From an uncultured Pseudomonadales bacterium (GTDB taxonomy: Bacteria > Patescibacteriota > Microgenomatia > UBA1400 > Chazhemtobacteraceae), in contig CAZUBK010000001.1 of NCBI GenBank assembly GCA_964618725.1, forward strand, positions 132,908-196,907: a stretch of DNA of 64,000 nucleotides, in the 5' to 3' direction. A program made the position numbers and the translations under genes. The notes beneath the pieces were generated by a model. It had not been told where the DNA came from. It did no database searches and saw only the letters and a list, made by a program, of their open reading frames with translations. Positions 35,659 through 46,063 of this stretch are shown here, piece by piece; positions within the stretch are counted from its first letter, which is position 1; each line of letters begins with the position of its first letter.

Positions 35659-36750
35659 TTACTGATTTTTAATGGCCGCTTTGTAAACGTTGTAAGTCTC
35701 CTTGGCGGCTTTTTCCCAGCTAAAGTTTTTGAGCTGGTTGTTCCCAAGCTGAATAAGTGTATCAGGATTGTTCAAGGCCTTTTTGATCCCCTCAATGATG
35801 GATTCAACAGAGGTAGGATCGACAAGGATGGCGGCATTTCCGGCCACTTCGGGGAGAGAACTAACATTTGAGGTGACGACGGGAGTAGAGCAAACAAAGG
35901 CGTCGAGAATAGGGAGGCCAAAGCCTTCATAGAGTGAAGGATAAAGAACTAGTTCTGCTTCAGAATAGAGATAGGGCAGATCGACGTCGGGAATAAATCC
36001 AGTGTAAGTTACGTTACTTAAGTTTCTACTCAAAAGGATTTCTTCAGAGCTGGGGCGACCAATGATAGTCAGATGATAATCAGAGAATTGCGTAAATGCC
36101 TGCAAGATTCGTTTGATATTTTTGCGGGGGTGGCCGGAACCAGGGACGAGAAAGAAAGGCTTCTCGATACCAAGGCGTCTAAGGAGTGACTCTGTAATAG
36201 TGGGGGATTGAGAAGCTGGAGGAGAAAGAGTTGGTCCTTCATAAACTACTTCAACTCGATCTGGAGCAATGTCAAAGTAATCCAGCAGATCAGTCTTAGT
36301 GGCATGAGAGATGGCTATTATTTTGACATCTTCCTTTACTGCCCAGTAGAGACGTTTTTTGTGAACTTGTCGGATGGAGGCGGACATAAACTCAGGATTC
36401 TTAAGAAAGCTAAGATCATGGACAGTGGTGACTTTGGGATATTTAGACGGAGGCTCAGACCAGTCCGAAGTGTGAACCAAGTCAACCGGACCGATTAGTT
36501 TTTCTATTGGAAGAATATGTAAGGTATTCCACAGGTGATTGGAAAGGGTGGGAGGGAAAGGAAAGGTCTTGACTATGGTTTTAGGAAGCCGTTTGGCAAA
36601 GTTATTGATTTCTTGACGTCTTCGAAGTGAGCCACCAAAAAGAGTCAGGCGAATATCTTTGAGATCAACTAGGTGATTGATTAATTCTTTGGTGTAACGG
36701 GATACTCCTGTACCAAAGATAACCTGAGAGATGTCAATAGCTACGTGCAT
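35659..36750 (-). CDS. GT4-family glycosyltransferase
   Basis: 'MHVAIDISQVIFGTGVSRYTKELINHL' and 'EGFGLPILDAFVCSTPVVTS'. Confidence 0.65.
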   Translation of the reverse strand: MHVAIDISQVIFGTGVSRYTKELINHLVDLKDIRLTLFGGSLRRRQEINNFAKRLPKTIVKTFPFPPTLSNHLWNTLHILPIEKLIGPVDLVHTSDWSEPPSKYPKVTTVHDLSFLKNPEFMSASIRQVHKKRLYWAVKEDVKIIAISHATKTDLLDYFDIAPDRVEVVYEGPTLSPPASQSPTITESLLRRLGIEKPFFLVPGSGHPRKNIKRILQAFTQFSDYHLTIIGRPSSEEILLSRNLSNVTYTGFIPDVDLPYLYSEAELVLYPSLYEGFGLPILDAFVCSTPVVTSNVSSLPEVAGNAAILVDPTSVESIIEGIKKALNNPDTLIQLGNNQLKNFSWEKAAKETYNVYKAAIKNQ

Positions 36751-36759
36751 TCTTTTGAT

Positions 36760-38055
36760 TTATCTTCGTCTATAAAGACTAAGTGGACCGATTTGGTCAA
36801 TGAATATGTAATTTTGTTGAATGAATTGCCAAATGGGCTGTCCATAGTCTAGCAAAGAAATACCGTTTAATTGACTTTCTCGGTTAATAGCCACGAGTGC
36901 ACTACGGTCACTTTGAAGAGCCTTGATCTGCTTTTTGACATATTGTTCATTGGCGAGATACCAGGGAAGGCTGGGGAGATAGAGATTTGAAGGCGGCAGG
37001 GTATTTGTCAATTGATATAGCTGGTCGGGGCCACCGAAAAAATATATTGAATGACGAGTGGAATTGATCACCTGAATTTGGGTGGCAATTTGATCAAGAG
37101 AAGTGGAGTAATAGAAATTAGTTGGTTGAAAGGGACGGCGGAGATAAACGACAAGTAGACTGGTAATTAGAAACAGAAAAGCAAGTAGCTTGAGATTGGT
37201 TTTTGATTCAAGAATCAAACTTAGCAGGCCTACAACAGGAAGCAGATGATAGAGCTCGAAGCGAGGGTAAGCCGCCGCTGAAGCAAATAAAAACAGTATG
37301 ATTATTTTGATGGAAGGACGATTAAGGAAGAGGTGAAGAAACACCACAAAAGTGAGTAGAATTTCGCGAAAACTAGGGAGCTTGCTGGCAAGAGGAAGAT
37401 AATAAGAGGTGTTGAAATCGAGAGTGATTAGAAAATCCTCGAGGAGATGGTTTTTGACTAGCCAAAAAAGCTCAAGGGAGGGAACGATTGAAAGAATGAG
37501 AAGAGATAATGGGGTAATAAAGTTCTGTAAATACAAAACCGCTAAAATCAGGGGAGAAAGAGTCGGACGAAGGCCGATTACGAGGCTGAGAAGGACAGCC
37601 CCAATGCCTCTTTTTATCGTGCCGGAGGAGTTTAAGTAATAGATACTCCAGACGATAAAGAGGAGAGCAAAACTTTCTATCCAGAGATGATAACCAGCGA
37701 GAATAATTTGAGAGTTAACGAATAGCCAAAATAGAAAGAAGCGAGAGAGTAGATTTTTCGTTGTTCTAACTAAGTTCAAGAGAAAACCAAGGTCGGTTAG
37801 ACCAATTATGGCGATGAAGAGGATTAAAACTGATGATGGCGAGTTGATACTAATTTGACTGAGATTAAGGGGGCCAAAAAAAAGAAGGGGGAAGTGTTGA
37901 TCTATTATATGGATATAGGGAAGCAAACCTTTTGACACAAAATACGGATAGAGAGAGATCTCGGGGCTAACGAAGAAGAAAGATCCGAAAACCAGATATA
38001 AGTGCCAAAGGAAGGGAAGGACTAAGAGTAATCTATCTAGACGTCTGATATTCAT
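36760..38055 (-). CDS. polytopic membrane protein, possible GT-C-type glycosyltransferase
   Basis: About 10 hydrophobic helices; no soluble catalytic domain recognised. Confidence 0.3.
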   Translation of the reverse strand: MNIRRLDRLLLVLPFLWHLYLVFGSFFFVSPEISLYPYFVSKGLLPYIHIIDQHFPLLFFGPLNLSQISINSPSSVLILFIAIIGLTDLGFLLNLVRTTKNLLSRFFLFWLFVNSQIILAGYHLWIESFALLFIVWSIYYLNSSGTIKRGIGAVLLSLVIGLRPTLSPLILAVLYLQNFITPLSLLILSIVPSLELFWLVKNHLLEDFLITLDFNTSYYLPLASKLPSFREILLTFVVFLHLFLNRPSIKIIILFLFASAAAYPRFELYHLLPVVGLLSLILESKTNLKLLAFLFLITSLLVVYLRRPFQPTNFYYSTSLDQIATQIQVINSTRHSIYFFGGPDQLYQLTNTLPPSNLYLPSLPWYLANEQYVKKQIKALQSDRSALVAINRESQLNGISLLDYGQPIWQFIQQNYIFIDQIGPLSLYRRR

Positions 38056-39445
38056 AGACGAATCCTACACCGGAAAAGTCATGAATGTTAACTTGAGCAA
38101 ATCCGGCATTAGTGAGCCAGGAACGTATATTGCCGTGCGGATCAGTCAAACCAGAGAGATATTCAAAGTAGTAAACTTTCTCTTTGTCTTTGACTGCTTG
38201 AGAAAGATTGAGATCGAGAAGGCTGGGATCCACGGTGAGGTCCTGGAGGGGTGCCGTGTAGGTAAGAGTGGGAGCGTACCAACGCACTGGAGCAAAAGCA
38301 TCCGAGAAGGCAAAAATACTGACAGCGGAAGTTTCTGACTGAACAAACGACACGGCTTCTCTCCAGTGTTCTCTCTGGAATGCAGGGGTGACCCAAAAAA
38401 GTAGATTGCTCAAAGCCATAGTAATTGTGACGATGAAGATATTAAGTAAACGTAAAGATCGAGGAAGGAAATTTAGACCTGCAGCAATGAGGCCAAAAAA
38501 AGAGGGAAGGAGAAAGACATAACGCCAGTAGCCGAGAATTGGGGTCTTGAAAGAGATAAGAGTGGCGGCGATAAGTGGAACAGTCAACCAATAAATGAAC
38601 GGGGTTAGTTTCTTGTTCTTTAAGCCTAAAAGAACTAATGACAAGAAGTAGATGGTAGTTGAAGCAGCGGCAAACAGATACAGTCTTTGAGTACCAAAGT
38701 TGATTCTACCTAGAGAGAACTTAGCAGGGATGAGAAGAAGTGATTTAAGGGTCAAGGATCCGGAAAGAAGTTTCCAGCCGGGGAGGGTCTGTGTCAGCCA
38801 TTGGCCGCCTTTGAGCTGGATTGCGAGGAATGGGAGCCAAGGAAGATAGCTGAGAAAAAGGAGGATATCAATGACAAGTAAACGAAAAAGGAAGCGACGG
38901 TGATAAAAAAGGACAAAGACTAACTGAGCGGCGAGAATAAAGAAACTGCCATAGAAACTATAGAGATTACCAAGACAGGTAAGAAGAAAGAGGGAAAAGA
39001 ATAGTTTTGATTTCGGTTCATCTAGGAGCCTAAGGAGAAGGTACCAAGAAGAAGTAGTGAAAAACGCACTTAAGGAATACATCCGGAGCTCTTGAGAATA
39101 GTAGATGTGAAGAGGACTGATAGATAGAAGAAAGACGGCGAGGAGAGCAATTGAGCGTTTTTGAGGGAAAAGGTGGATCAAAGTTAGATAGAGAAAATAG
39201 ATCGTACCAAGACCAGCGAAGATACTAGGAAGGCGTAAGAACCACTCGCTATAGTTACCGAAGCTAAGCCAGAAATGCATTATTAGGTGTAAAAGAGGGG
39301 GGTGAAATTCTCCGGCCATAGCGGGAAATAAATTACTCAGGGGGAGTCTGGCGGTCAAAAGCGTCGCCGCTTCATCCAACCAAAAGCTTTGGTTAATGAG
39401 AACAAGGCGAAGGACCAGGGCGAGAGCAAGAATTAGGTAAATCAT
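38033..39445 (-). CDS. GT39/PMT_2 (ArnT-like) membrane glycosyltransferase
   Basis: 'LVLRLVLINQSFWLDEAATLLTAR' (first-loop DE motif of GT39/GT83) followed by 'EFHPPLLHLIMHFW'. Confidence 0.6.
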   Translation of the reverse strand: MIYLILALALVLRLVLINQSFWLDEAATLLTARLPLSNLFPAMAGEFHPPLLHLIMHFWLSFGNYSEWFLRLPSIFAGLGTIYFLYLTLIHLFPQKRSIALLAVFLLSISPLHIYYSQELRMYSLSAFFTTSSWYLLLRLLDEPKSKLFFSLFLLTCLGNLYSFYGSFFILAAQLVFVLFYHRRFLFRLLVIDILLFLSYLPWLPFLAIQLKGGQWLTQTLPGWKLLSGSLTLKSLLLIPAKFSLGRINFGTQRLYLFAAASTTIYFLSLVLLGLKNKKLTPFIYWLTVPLIAATLISFKTPILGYWRYVFLLPSFFGLIAAGLNFLPRSLRLLNIFIVTITMALSNLLFWVTPAFQREHWREAVSFVQSETSAVSIFAFSDAFAPVRWYAPTLTYTAPLQDLTVDPSLLDLNLSQAVKDKEKVYYFEYLSGLTDPHGNIRSWLTNAGFAQVNIHDFSGVGFVYEYQTSR

Positions 39446-40167
39446 TGGATTGTTTTGGTTAATTTTTTTATGCCAACCACCAAAAAGTATACTGCCTGGA
39501 GATAGCTCAAGAAAAAACCATGATATCCATCTAGAAAACCGAGTTTGTAGAAGTAGCGTTTGAAGAAGTCTTTTTTTGCGGCGATGACTGAATAGAGAAA
39601 ATTTTTGGAGAGATTGCTTTGACTGGAGATCTCTGAATATGTGTTGATCTTGCCGATGAATTCGCTGATTGTTTCATAGTTCTTGTGGATCAGGAGATGT
39701 CTCAGCTGGCGGGGGGGAGTTTTGCTGACAAATTGTTCATGGACATCCGATTTCCATTTCCCCAAGGAACGATGATATAGACGGATGTGATTGTCGTCAT
39801 ATGGCCCCCAATCAGCGTGAAGAATAGGTTTGCCCCAGATGAGGTTGATACGGCCGATCTTGTAAGTGGCTTTGGTGTCTGGAAGATTTTCGATTTCCGC
39901 AGCTAAGTTTTCTGGGACCATTACGTCGGCATCGATGCTTAAGATCCAGTCGTTTTTGGCTTTTTGGTCGGCGAAGTTCCTAGTATGGGCAAAGTTTTTA
40001 AAGGGGAGGTGAAGGATGCGACAATGGTTCTCTTTAGCGATTTTTAGCGTTTTATCGGTTGACCCTGAGTCGACGATAAGTATTTCATCAGCAAAGTCCA
40101 AGGTGTCGAGAGTCGACGGAAGATCGATCTCTTCATTTAAGGTAGGGATAACGACGGTGACTTTCAT
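39442..40167 (-). CDS. GT2-family glycosyltransferase
   Basis: 'MKVTVVIPTLNEE...ILIVDSGSTDKT'. Confidence 0.7.
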   Translation of the reverse strand: MKVTVVIPTLNEEIDLPSTLDTLDFADEILIVDSGSTDKTLKIAKENHCRILHLPFKNFAHTRNFADQKAKNDWILSIDADVMVPENLAAEIENLPDTKATYKIGRINLIWGKPILHADWGPYDDNHIRLYHRSLGKWKSDVHEQFVSKTPPRQLRHLLIHKNYETISEFIGKINTYSEISSQSNLSKNFLYSVIAAKKDFFKRYFYKLGFLDGYHGFFLSYLQAVYFLVVGIKKLTKTIQ

Positions 40168-41198
40168 AAGTCTTCAAATAATTCTTGGTATTGCTTGTTA
40201 ATCTTATCCCAGGAAAAAAGAAATGCCTGTTGACGAGGAAGTTTACCCCATTTTTTTTTGAGCGCCGTCTTAAGAATAGAGGCGTACTGTGTGGCGTTGT
40301 CAGGGTCTTTTACGAAGAGTCCAGCATTGCCGATGATTTCGCGACGAGAAGGATCGTCGGTAGCAACAACAGCCAGATTTGAGGCAAGGGCTTCGAGATA
40401 GACGATACCGAAGGCTTCAGAGGACTGAGAACAAAGGGTGAAGAGATCGACACTACGATAGTACTTGTTTATCTTCGGGTGGGGGACTGATAAATGGAGA
40501 AAGCGGCCTTCTCCCAGAAGTGTGGCGCCCAGATTATTTATTTTTTCATCATCGGCACCGCTCCCGAGTAAAAGAAGTGAAGCATTTTTGAGTTGAGCGA
40601 CAGCTTTGATCCCCTGCTCTACTCTTTTGTTAGATTCTGAGGCGGCCACCAGAAGAATGATCGGCGTAATGAGATTAAGTTTAGCTTTTGAACCACTGGG
40701 CTTGAATTCATCCAGATCGGCGCCATTGGGGATTACGGCAAACCTTTGGTTTGGCCAGTGGAAGGCTTTGGTCTTGGCCCAGTTGAGCTGCGTACGAGTT
40801 AGACAAATAAACACATCGGGGGCACAGAGGAGATTAAAGCGATCATCCCAACCCGGGCCGGATTGGGCCGAGACAAGAAGTTTTTTTCCTTTAAGACAAG
40901 AATAGATTCGTAAAATGAGAATCTGCCAACCACCATTGAGTGAAAAGATGACGTCGGGATTGAAGGTGGTAAGCCTACTGAGTTGTTGAAGTGTCCAAAT
41001 GCCGATAAGGAGGCTGCTTCGATCGAGATATAATCGATTTAGCAGGGAAAGGCGGGTGCGGGAGGAAAAGAAAGGATGGGGATGACTCAGAACCTTGAGT
41101 TGATTTTTTTGTTTGAGTCGTTTACTCAGTTCTTGCACAAAGGTTTCGGCACCTCGAGAATGGACTTGGTTGTGGTAATGCAGAATGGCTATTTTCAT
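40164..41198 (-). CDS. GT4-family glycosyltransferase
   Basis: 'MKIAILHYHNQVHSRGAETFV' and 'EAFGIVYLEALASNLAVVAT'. Confidence 0.6.
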   Translation of the reverse strand: MKIAILHYHNQVHSRGAETFVQELSKRLKQKNQLKVLSHPHPFFSSRTRLSLLNRLYLDRSSLLIGIWTLQQLSRLTTFNPDVIFSLNGGWQILILRIYSCLKGKKLLVSAQSGPGWDDRFNLLCAPDVFICLTRTQLNWAKTKAFHWPNQRFAVIPNGADLDEFKPSGSKAKLNLITPIILLVAASESNKRVEQGIKAVAQLKNASLLLLGSGADDEKINNLGATLLGEGRFLHLSVPHPKINKYYRSVDLFTLCSQSSEAFGIVYLEALASNLAVVATDDPSRREIIGNAGLFVKDPDNATQYASILKTALKKKWGKLPRQQAFLFSWDKINKQYQELFEDL

Positions 41199-42523
41199 CT
41201 AGTAGGAGAAGGGCTATTGATCAAAGTAAGGACTTGCGTATCCCTAGAATAGGAATAGATAAAGTCTAACTTTTTTGGATGGGAAAGAAATAGCGGGATG
41301 GCTTGATAATCGATGGCGTGTTGTAAGTTGGGAGTCACTTCCCAATTACTTAATTGGATACGACTATCGCCATTATCAATAGCCTCTTCTATGGAACTAA
41401 TAATCATTGCCATGGCTTTCTCCTCAAAGTTAAGCGAGGGGTGTTTCAGGCGGAAAGCAACCTGATAAATCTGGTGGAAGGGATTGAAAATTATTAAGAA
41501 GAAAATAAGTAATATTGGCCAGTATTTTTCTTGAAACAAAAAGACAAAGTAAAGAAGAAGGAAAATAATCGGAGGGTAGAGATAATAAAACATAGTGTGC
41601 TGGGGGAAAAAGCTGTTGGCGGCGAGAGAGACGAAGAATGTGATTGGTAAGAGAAGTAATTTTTTGTTGACCTTAAGCGTTATAAGGAAGACAAATAGAT
41701 AAATGATGAGTGTCAGCGGAACTGAGGAAGGGATAAACTGGCCACTAAGGAGAGAAAGATAGATGGATTGAACCTTGGTGAAGCCCTGCAGACTAAATGC
41801 TCCACGATACGGATTGGTGGTCTCGGCAAAACGAGTGAGGCTATCCTTGGTGAAAGTGAAGACAAGAAGGTAGAGTGGGACAAAAACAAGAAAAGGTAAA
41901 AGTACTTTGAAGTATTTTTTACTCTGTTGCCAACCCTGGAGGAAAATAGTAAACGGGATAAGAGCGGGAGCAAAGAGAAATGCTGGCCCGTATGAGAAAA
42001 TTGCTAAGAAGTAGGTAATACCCAAAGAAAAAAAAGTGATGATCTTTTGCTTGTTTAGATAATTTAACCAGAGATCGAGAAAGATAAAGAGAAAAAGACC
42101 TTCGGTCATGACATGAATATTGGAAAACCAGGAGAGAAAAAATCGATAGGCAAAAAAAAGACTGAGCAGTAAGCTAGTGAGAGGCTTCTTGGTCAAGCGA
42201 TTCAGAAGTCGATATACCATAAACGAATTAAGGGTATGGATTACGAATAAAATTAAAAAATAGTGACTTACTTGTGTGCCGGCATGGTGATAAAGCCACT
42301 TGGTAATTAAATAGCCTATGAACTTATGTCTATCAACACTTCGCGAAAGCAGACTGTCGATGACGACTTGCTTATAGGTACGGGGGACCGCAAAAGTAAA
42401 TCCAGTAAAGTCATCAACAAAAAAATAGCGGCTATCGTTGAGAAGATAAATGAAGTAGACGGAAGTAACTAGAAGGATGAGGAGGTATGGCCAAAGCAAA
42501 TTAATTTTCTTCATAAAGACCAT
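41195..42523 (-). CDS. polytopic membrane protein (hypothetical; possible glycan polymerase/GT-C)
   Basis: More than 10 TM helices, reminiscent of a periplasmic Asp-Asp-type 'FFVDDFTGF' loop. Confidence 0.3.
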   Translation of the reverse strand: MVFMKKINLLWPYLLILLVTSVYFIYLLNDSRYFFVDDFTGFTFAVPRTYKQVVIDSLLSRSVDRHKFIGYLITKWLYHHAGTQVSHYFLILFVIHTLNSFMVYRLLNRLTKKPLTSLLLSLFFAYRFFLSWFSNIHVMTEGLFLFIFLDLWLNYLNKQKIITFFSLGITYFLAIFSYGPAFLFAPALIPFTIFLQGWQQSKKYFKVLLPFLVFVPLYLLVFTFTKDSLTRFAETTNPYRGAFSLQGFTKVQSIYLSLLSGQFIPSSVPLTLIIYLFVFLITLKVNKKLLLLPITFFVSLAANSFFPQHTMFYYLYPPIIFLLLYFVFLFQEKYWPILLIFFLIIFNPFHQIYQVAFRLKHPSLNFEEKAMAMIISSIEEAIDNGDSRIQLSNWEVTPNLQHAIDYQAIPLFLSHPKKLDFIYSYSRDTQVLTLINSPSPTR

Positions 42524-42579
42524 CGTAGTATACGTGTAAAGGTCTTTTGTTTTGAAGTTTCTAGGTTTAGGATCTGCAT

Positions 42580-44466
42580 ATGTGCGGCATTGTAGGAAAA
42601 ATAAACTTAAACAGCAAGGCAGTTCCTGAAAAAGACATTAAGGTAATGGCCGACAAAATCGCTCATCGGGGCCCCGATGATGAGGGAATCTGGGTGGAGG
42701 AGAATGTGGGACTGGGGAACCGAAGGCTGGCGATTATTGATTTATCGAAAAAAGGTCATATGCCGATGGCTTATGATCGGAAACGATTGGTGATTACTTT
42801 TAATGGCGAGATTTATAACTTTGAGACAGAAAGAAAGAGGTTAGAAAGATTAGGTTACCGTTTTAAATCAAAAACAGATACGGAAGTGGTTTTGGCGCTG
42901 TACCAAGAATACGGGGTGAACTGCTTGAAATATTTACGGGGGATGTTTGCTTTAGCGATTTATGACCGACGAGATAAGACGCTTTTTTTGGCCAGGGACA
43001 GAGTAGGGAAGAAACCATTAAAGTATTTTTTTGATGAAAAAGTTTTCATTTTTGCTTCAGAGTTGAAAGCGATTTTGACCCAAAAAGAAGTTAAGAAAGA
43101 GGTCGATTTTGAGGCGATTCATGAATACTTGACCTATGGATATGTACCGGCGCCAAAGACAGGTTTTAAAAATATTTACAAGTTAGAACCAGGACACTAC
43201 CTATGGTTGGATTTAGAGAAGAGAAGTTTAGAGAAAAGGCGTTTTTGGAAGTTAGATTTTAGTAACAAACTAGAATTAGCGACCGAGGAATGGCAGGAGA
43301 AGATATTGAGAACACTGGAGGAATCGACCAGGATGAGAATGATGGCTGATGTGCCGGTGGGAGCATTTTTGTCTGGCGGAGTGGATAGCAGTGCTGTAGT
43401 GGCAATGATGAGCAAAGTCGCTAAACAGCCGGTGAAGACTTTTGCTATTGGTTATAAAAACAGTCGGGTGGATGAGACGCCTTTTGCCAGAATAGTGGCG
43501 GAGCGGTTTCAGACTGACCATATAGAATTGTATGTAGAGCCGATGGAGGCGGAATTATTGCCTTGGTTGGCATATCAATATGAAGAGCCATTTGCGGACA
43601 GCAGTATTTTAGTAACCTATTTAGTCAGTAAGTTAGCCAGAGAAAAAGTGACCGTAATTTTGAATGGAGATGGAGGAGATGAGAATTTTGCCGGTTATGG
43701 ACGATATAACAAGTGGAAATGGTTTACCTGGTTTCAGGAACAAGTTTGGCTGAATAATCCATTGGTGCACAGAAGTCTTGATGAGCTGGATCGCTTAGTA
43801 AAACATAAACTAACAAAAAGAATTAAACAGTTTTCTGATAGGCTCAAGGAAAATCCAGTACAGCGATTTATTTTTTGGAATAGCTACTTTGGCGAAGAGG
43901 AAAAGAAGGAGATTTATAAAAATGACAAATTGCGAAGGCTTTTGGGACAAGATGCAAGGGAATTTTATATAAATAGATTTGGAGAAACAGGAAGCAGAAA
44001 CCTAAGAGATCAAGCGCTTTACGCCGATATCAGTTCGTATCTACCAGAGGATTTGTTGATTAAGGTAGATATCGCTAGTATGGCGGTGGGTTTGGAGGGG
44101 AGATCGCCTTTCCTGGACCATAAAATGTTGGAGTTGTGTGCCAAGATGCCATTTGAGTTAAAAGTTAAGGGCTTCGGAGGGCACAAATATGTTTTAAAAA
44201 AGGCATTGGAGGGAATTTTGCCGGAGGAGATTTTGCAGCGACCGAAAATGGGTTTTAGTCTGCCGCTTAGGGATTGGTTCAAGGGAAAATTAAATTCTTA
44301 TACCAAAAGCCGATTACTCAAGGAAAAGGCAGTGGTGAGGAACTGGTTTGAAGAAGATGAGATCAAGAGAATGCTTAAAGAACACGATGGAGAGGGAAAG
44401 GACTTTGGACCCAGGCTTTGGTCGTTACTGATGCTGGAGTTGTGGTGGGAAGCATATTTCACTTAA
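42580..44466 (+). CDS. asnB: asparagine synthetase (glutamine-hydrolysing)-family amidotransferase, copy 1
   Basis: N-terminal Ntn 'MCGIVG' and PP-loop 'SGGVDSS'. Confidence 0.8.
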   Translation: MCGIVGKINLNSKAVPEKDIKVMADKIAHRGPDDEGIWVEENVGLGNRRLAIIDLSKKGHMPMAYDRKRLVITFNGEIYNFETERKRLERLGYRFKSKTDTEVVLALYQEYGVNCLKYLRGMFALAIYDRRDKTLFLARDRVGKKPLKYFFDEKVFIFASELKAILTQKEVKKEVDFEAIHEYLTYGYVPAPKTGFKNIYKLEPGHYLWLDLEKRSLEKRRFWKLDFSNKLELATEEWQEKILRTLEESTRMRMMADVPVGAFLSGGVDSSAVVAMMSKVAKQPVKTFAIGYKNSRVDETPFARIVAERFQTDHIELYVEPMEAELLPWLAYQYEEPFADSSILVTYLVSKLAREKVTVILNGDGGDENFAGYGRYNKWKWFTWFQEQVWLNNPLVHRSLDELDRLVKHKLTKRIKQFSDRLKENPVQRFIFWNSYFGEEEKKEIYKNDKLRRLLGQDAREFYINRFGETGSRNLRDQALYADISSYLPEDLLIKVDIASMAVGLEGRSPFLDHKMLELCAKMPFELKVKGFGGHKYVLKKALEGILPEEILQRPKMGFSLPLRDWFKGKLNSYTKSRLLKEKAVVRNWFEEDEIKRMLKEHDGEGKDFGPRLWSLLMLELWWEAYFT

Positions 44467-45220
44467 GATTTTTGCGGGCAGAGATGAAGATCTGGGGACC
44501 CCAGTACTTGAAGGGGAAGAGGTTAAGTTTCCCCAGAATAGTGAAGAGGAGTTTTCGGGGACTGAGGCTTCCCGGTTCGAGTTCCCACAAAGAAGCTTGT
44601 TTAACTATTTGAAGTTTTTGGGAAAGGAGAAAGTTAAGCAGAGAACGGAGATAGGGCTCAACGGTGGTGTCGTCATCGATGTTAAGGTATTTCTTTTTGG
44701 GGATGACTTTGGTCCAGTTGAGTTGATGACTGGGCGGGAGAAGGAAATCGGCAAGTAATCCGCGGGTTAATTTAAGAAGCGGGTTCTCTTTTGAGTTGGG
44801 TGAGCGACGGTTGGGGGCGCCAAAATTGGGGCAAAGGAGAACCAGATGCCCTCTGGGCTGAAGAACACGAATGGCTTCGGAGAGAAAACGGGTGGGGTCG
44901 GTGGTATGTTCGAGGACAAAGGCTGAATAAACTAGGTCAAAGGAGTTGTTCTCGAAGGGCAAAGTCTGGCCATCGTAGAGATAGAATTTGTGATGAGGAA
45001 ATTGTTTTTTGGCTTGTTTGATGGCATAAGAGTTAATATCGACGCCGCTGCCGGTTTTAAGGGAAGGAAGGAGAGTATTGAGGCGAGTCCCTTCGCCACA
45101 ACCAAGATCGAGAATAGACGGAGCTTTTCTGGCTAAAGAACGGAGATACATCAGTCCGCTGTGGTGATCAACATTGCGACTAGCACGACGGGCATATTCA
45201 TAGTAGTACCACTGTTCCAT
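44459..45220 (-). CDS. class I SAM-dependent methyltransferase
   Basis: Motif I 'ILDLGCGEGT' and motif post-I acidic residue. Confidence 0.65.
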   Translation of the reverse strand: MEQWYYYEYARRASRNVDHHSGLMYLRSLARKAPSILDLGCGEGTRLNTLLPSLKTGSGVDINSYAIKQAKKQFPHHKFYLYDGQTLPFENNSFDLVYSAFVLEHTTDPTRFLSEAIRVLQPRGHLVLLCPNFGAPNRRSPNSKENPLLKLTRGLLADFLLPPSHQLNWTKVIPKKKYLNIDDDTTVEPYLRSLLNFLLSQKLQIVKQASLWELEPGSLSPRKLLFTILGKLNLFPFKYWGPQIFISARKNLK

Positions 45221-45232
45221 GTTTTAAATTAT

Positions 45233-46063
45233 TTAATAACCGGAAGCGGGAGGAAGAAGAAGACGCCTGAGACGTTTAAACGGAGTAAGTAGGGAGGCTT
45301 TTAGCCAGAAGGAAGGGGGGGCAGGGTTGGTGACCGGAGGAACAATTGGGGGATGAGATTGAAAGAAAACTTGGGGGATTTGAGAGAGAGGGATCTTAAT
45401 TCCAAGTTCGTATTTGCGTTTAAAGGGTCTTTTGATGGTTGATTGATCGGAGGTTGATCGGAGGAGATGGGTGGCGTGAGCGTAGTGAAGATTTAAGAAT
45501 TTTATTTTCTGGGGATCGCGATTTTGGATTAAAGCACTTTTATTGTCAAAATAGCCGATTTGGCCATGGGGTAGAGCGGCGTGAAGACCGGGAATGGTGC
45601 GGCGGTTCATAAAACGAAGATTAAGATGGCCCCTGTGGCCGGCGATTTGATATAGACCGGCTGAGTTGGGCAGACGGTGATAAATATCGCCAACCAGATT
45701 GTGAGTGCGAACCACAATTGATTCGTATTGGGGATGGGTCTGCGCAAAGTGGGTGGCTTTTTTGATGGAGTTTTCTGGCCAGACTTCGTCGCCGTCGAGG
45801 ATCATAAGCCAGGAAAAACCTTTAGGGGTCTTCTCAATCATTTTCTGACGCATACTAGTAAAACTGTTGGGGTCGACATCGCCTACCTCGCGGAGATCAA
45901 TTTTGGAAGATTTGATTGACTTGACGATAGAGATGGTTTTGTCAGTAGATCCGGTATCCCAAAGCATTATTTTGTCGACATAAGGCAAGACTGAGTTAAG
46001 GGCATACCAGATGAAGCGTTCCTCATTTTTAACAAGACAGTGAACGATTATCTTGAGACTCAT
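45233..46063 (-). CDS. GT2-like glycosyltransferase
   Basis: 'IVHCLVKNEERFIWYALNSVLPYVDKIMLWDTGSTDKT'. Confidence 0.55.
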   Translation of the reverse strand: MSLKIIVHCLVKNEERFIWYALNSVLPYVDKIMLWDTGSTDKTISIVKSIKSSKIDLREVGDVDPNSFTSMRQKMIEKTPKGFSWLMILDGDEVWPENSIKKATHFAQTHPQYESIVVRTHNLVGDIYHRLPNSAGLYQIAGHRGHLNLRFMNRRTIPGLHAALPHGQIGYFDNKSALIQNRDPQKIKFLNLHYAHATHLLRSTSDQSTIKRPFKRKYELGIKIPLSQIPQVFFQSHPPIVPPVTNPAPPSFWLKASLLTPFKRLRRLLLPPASGY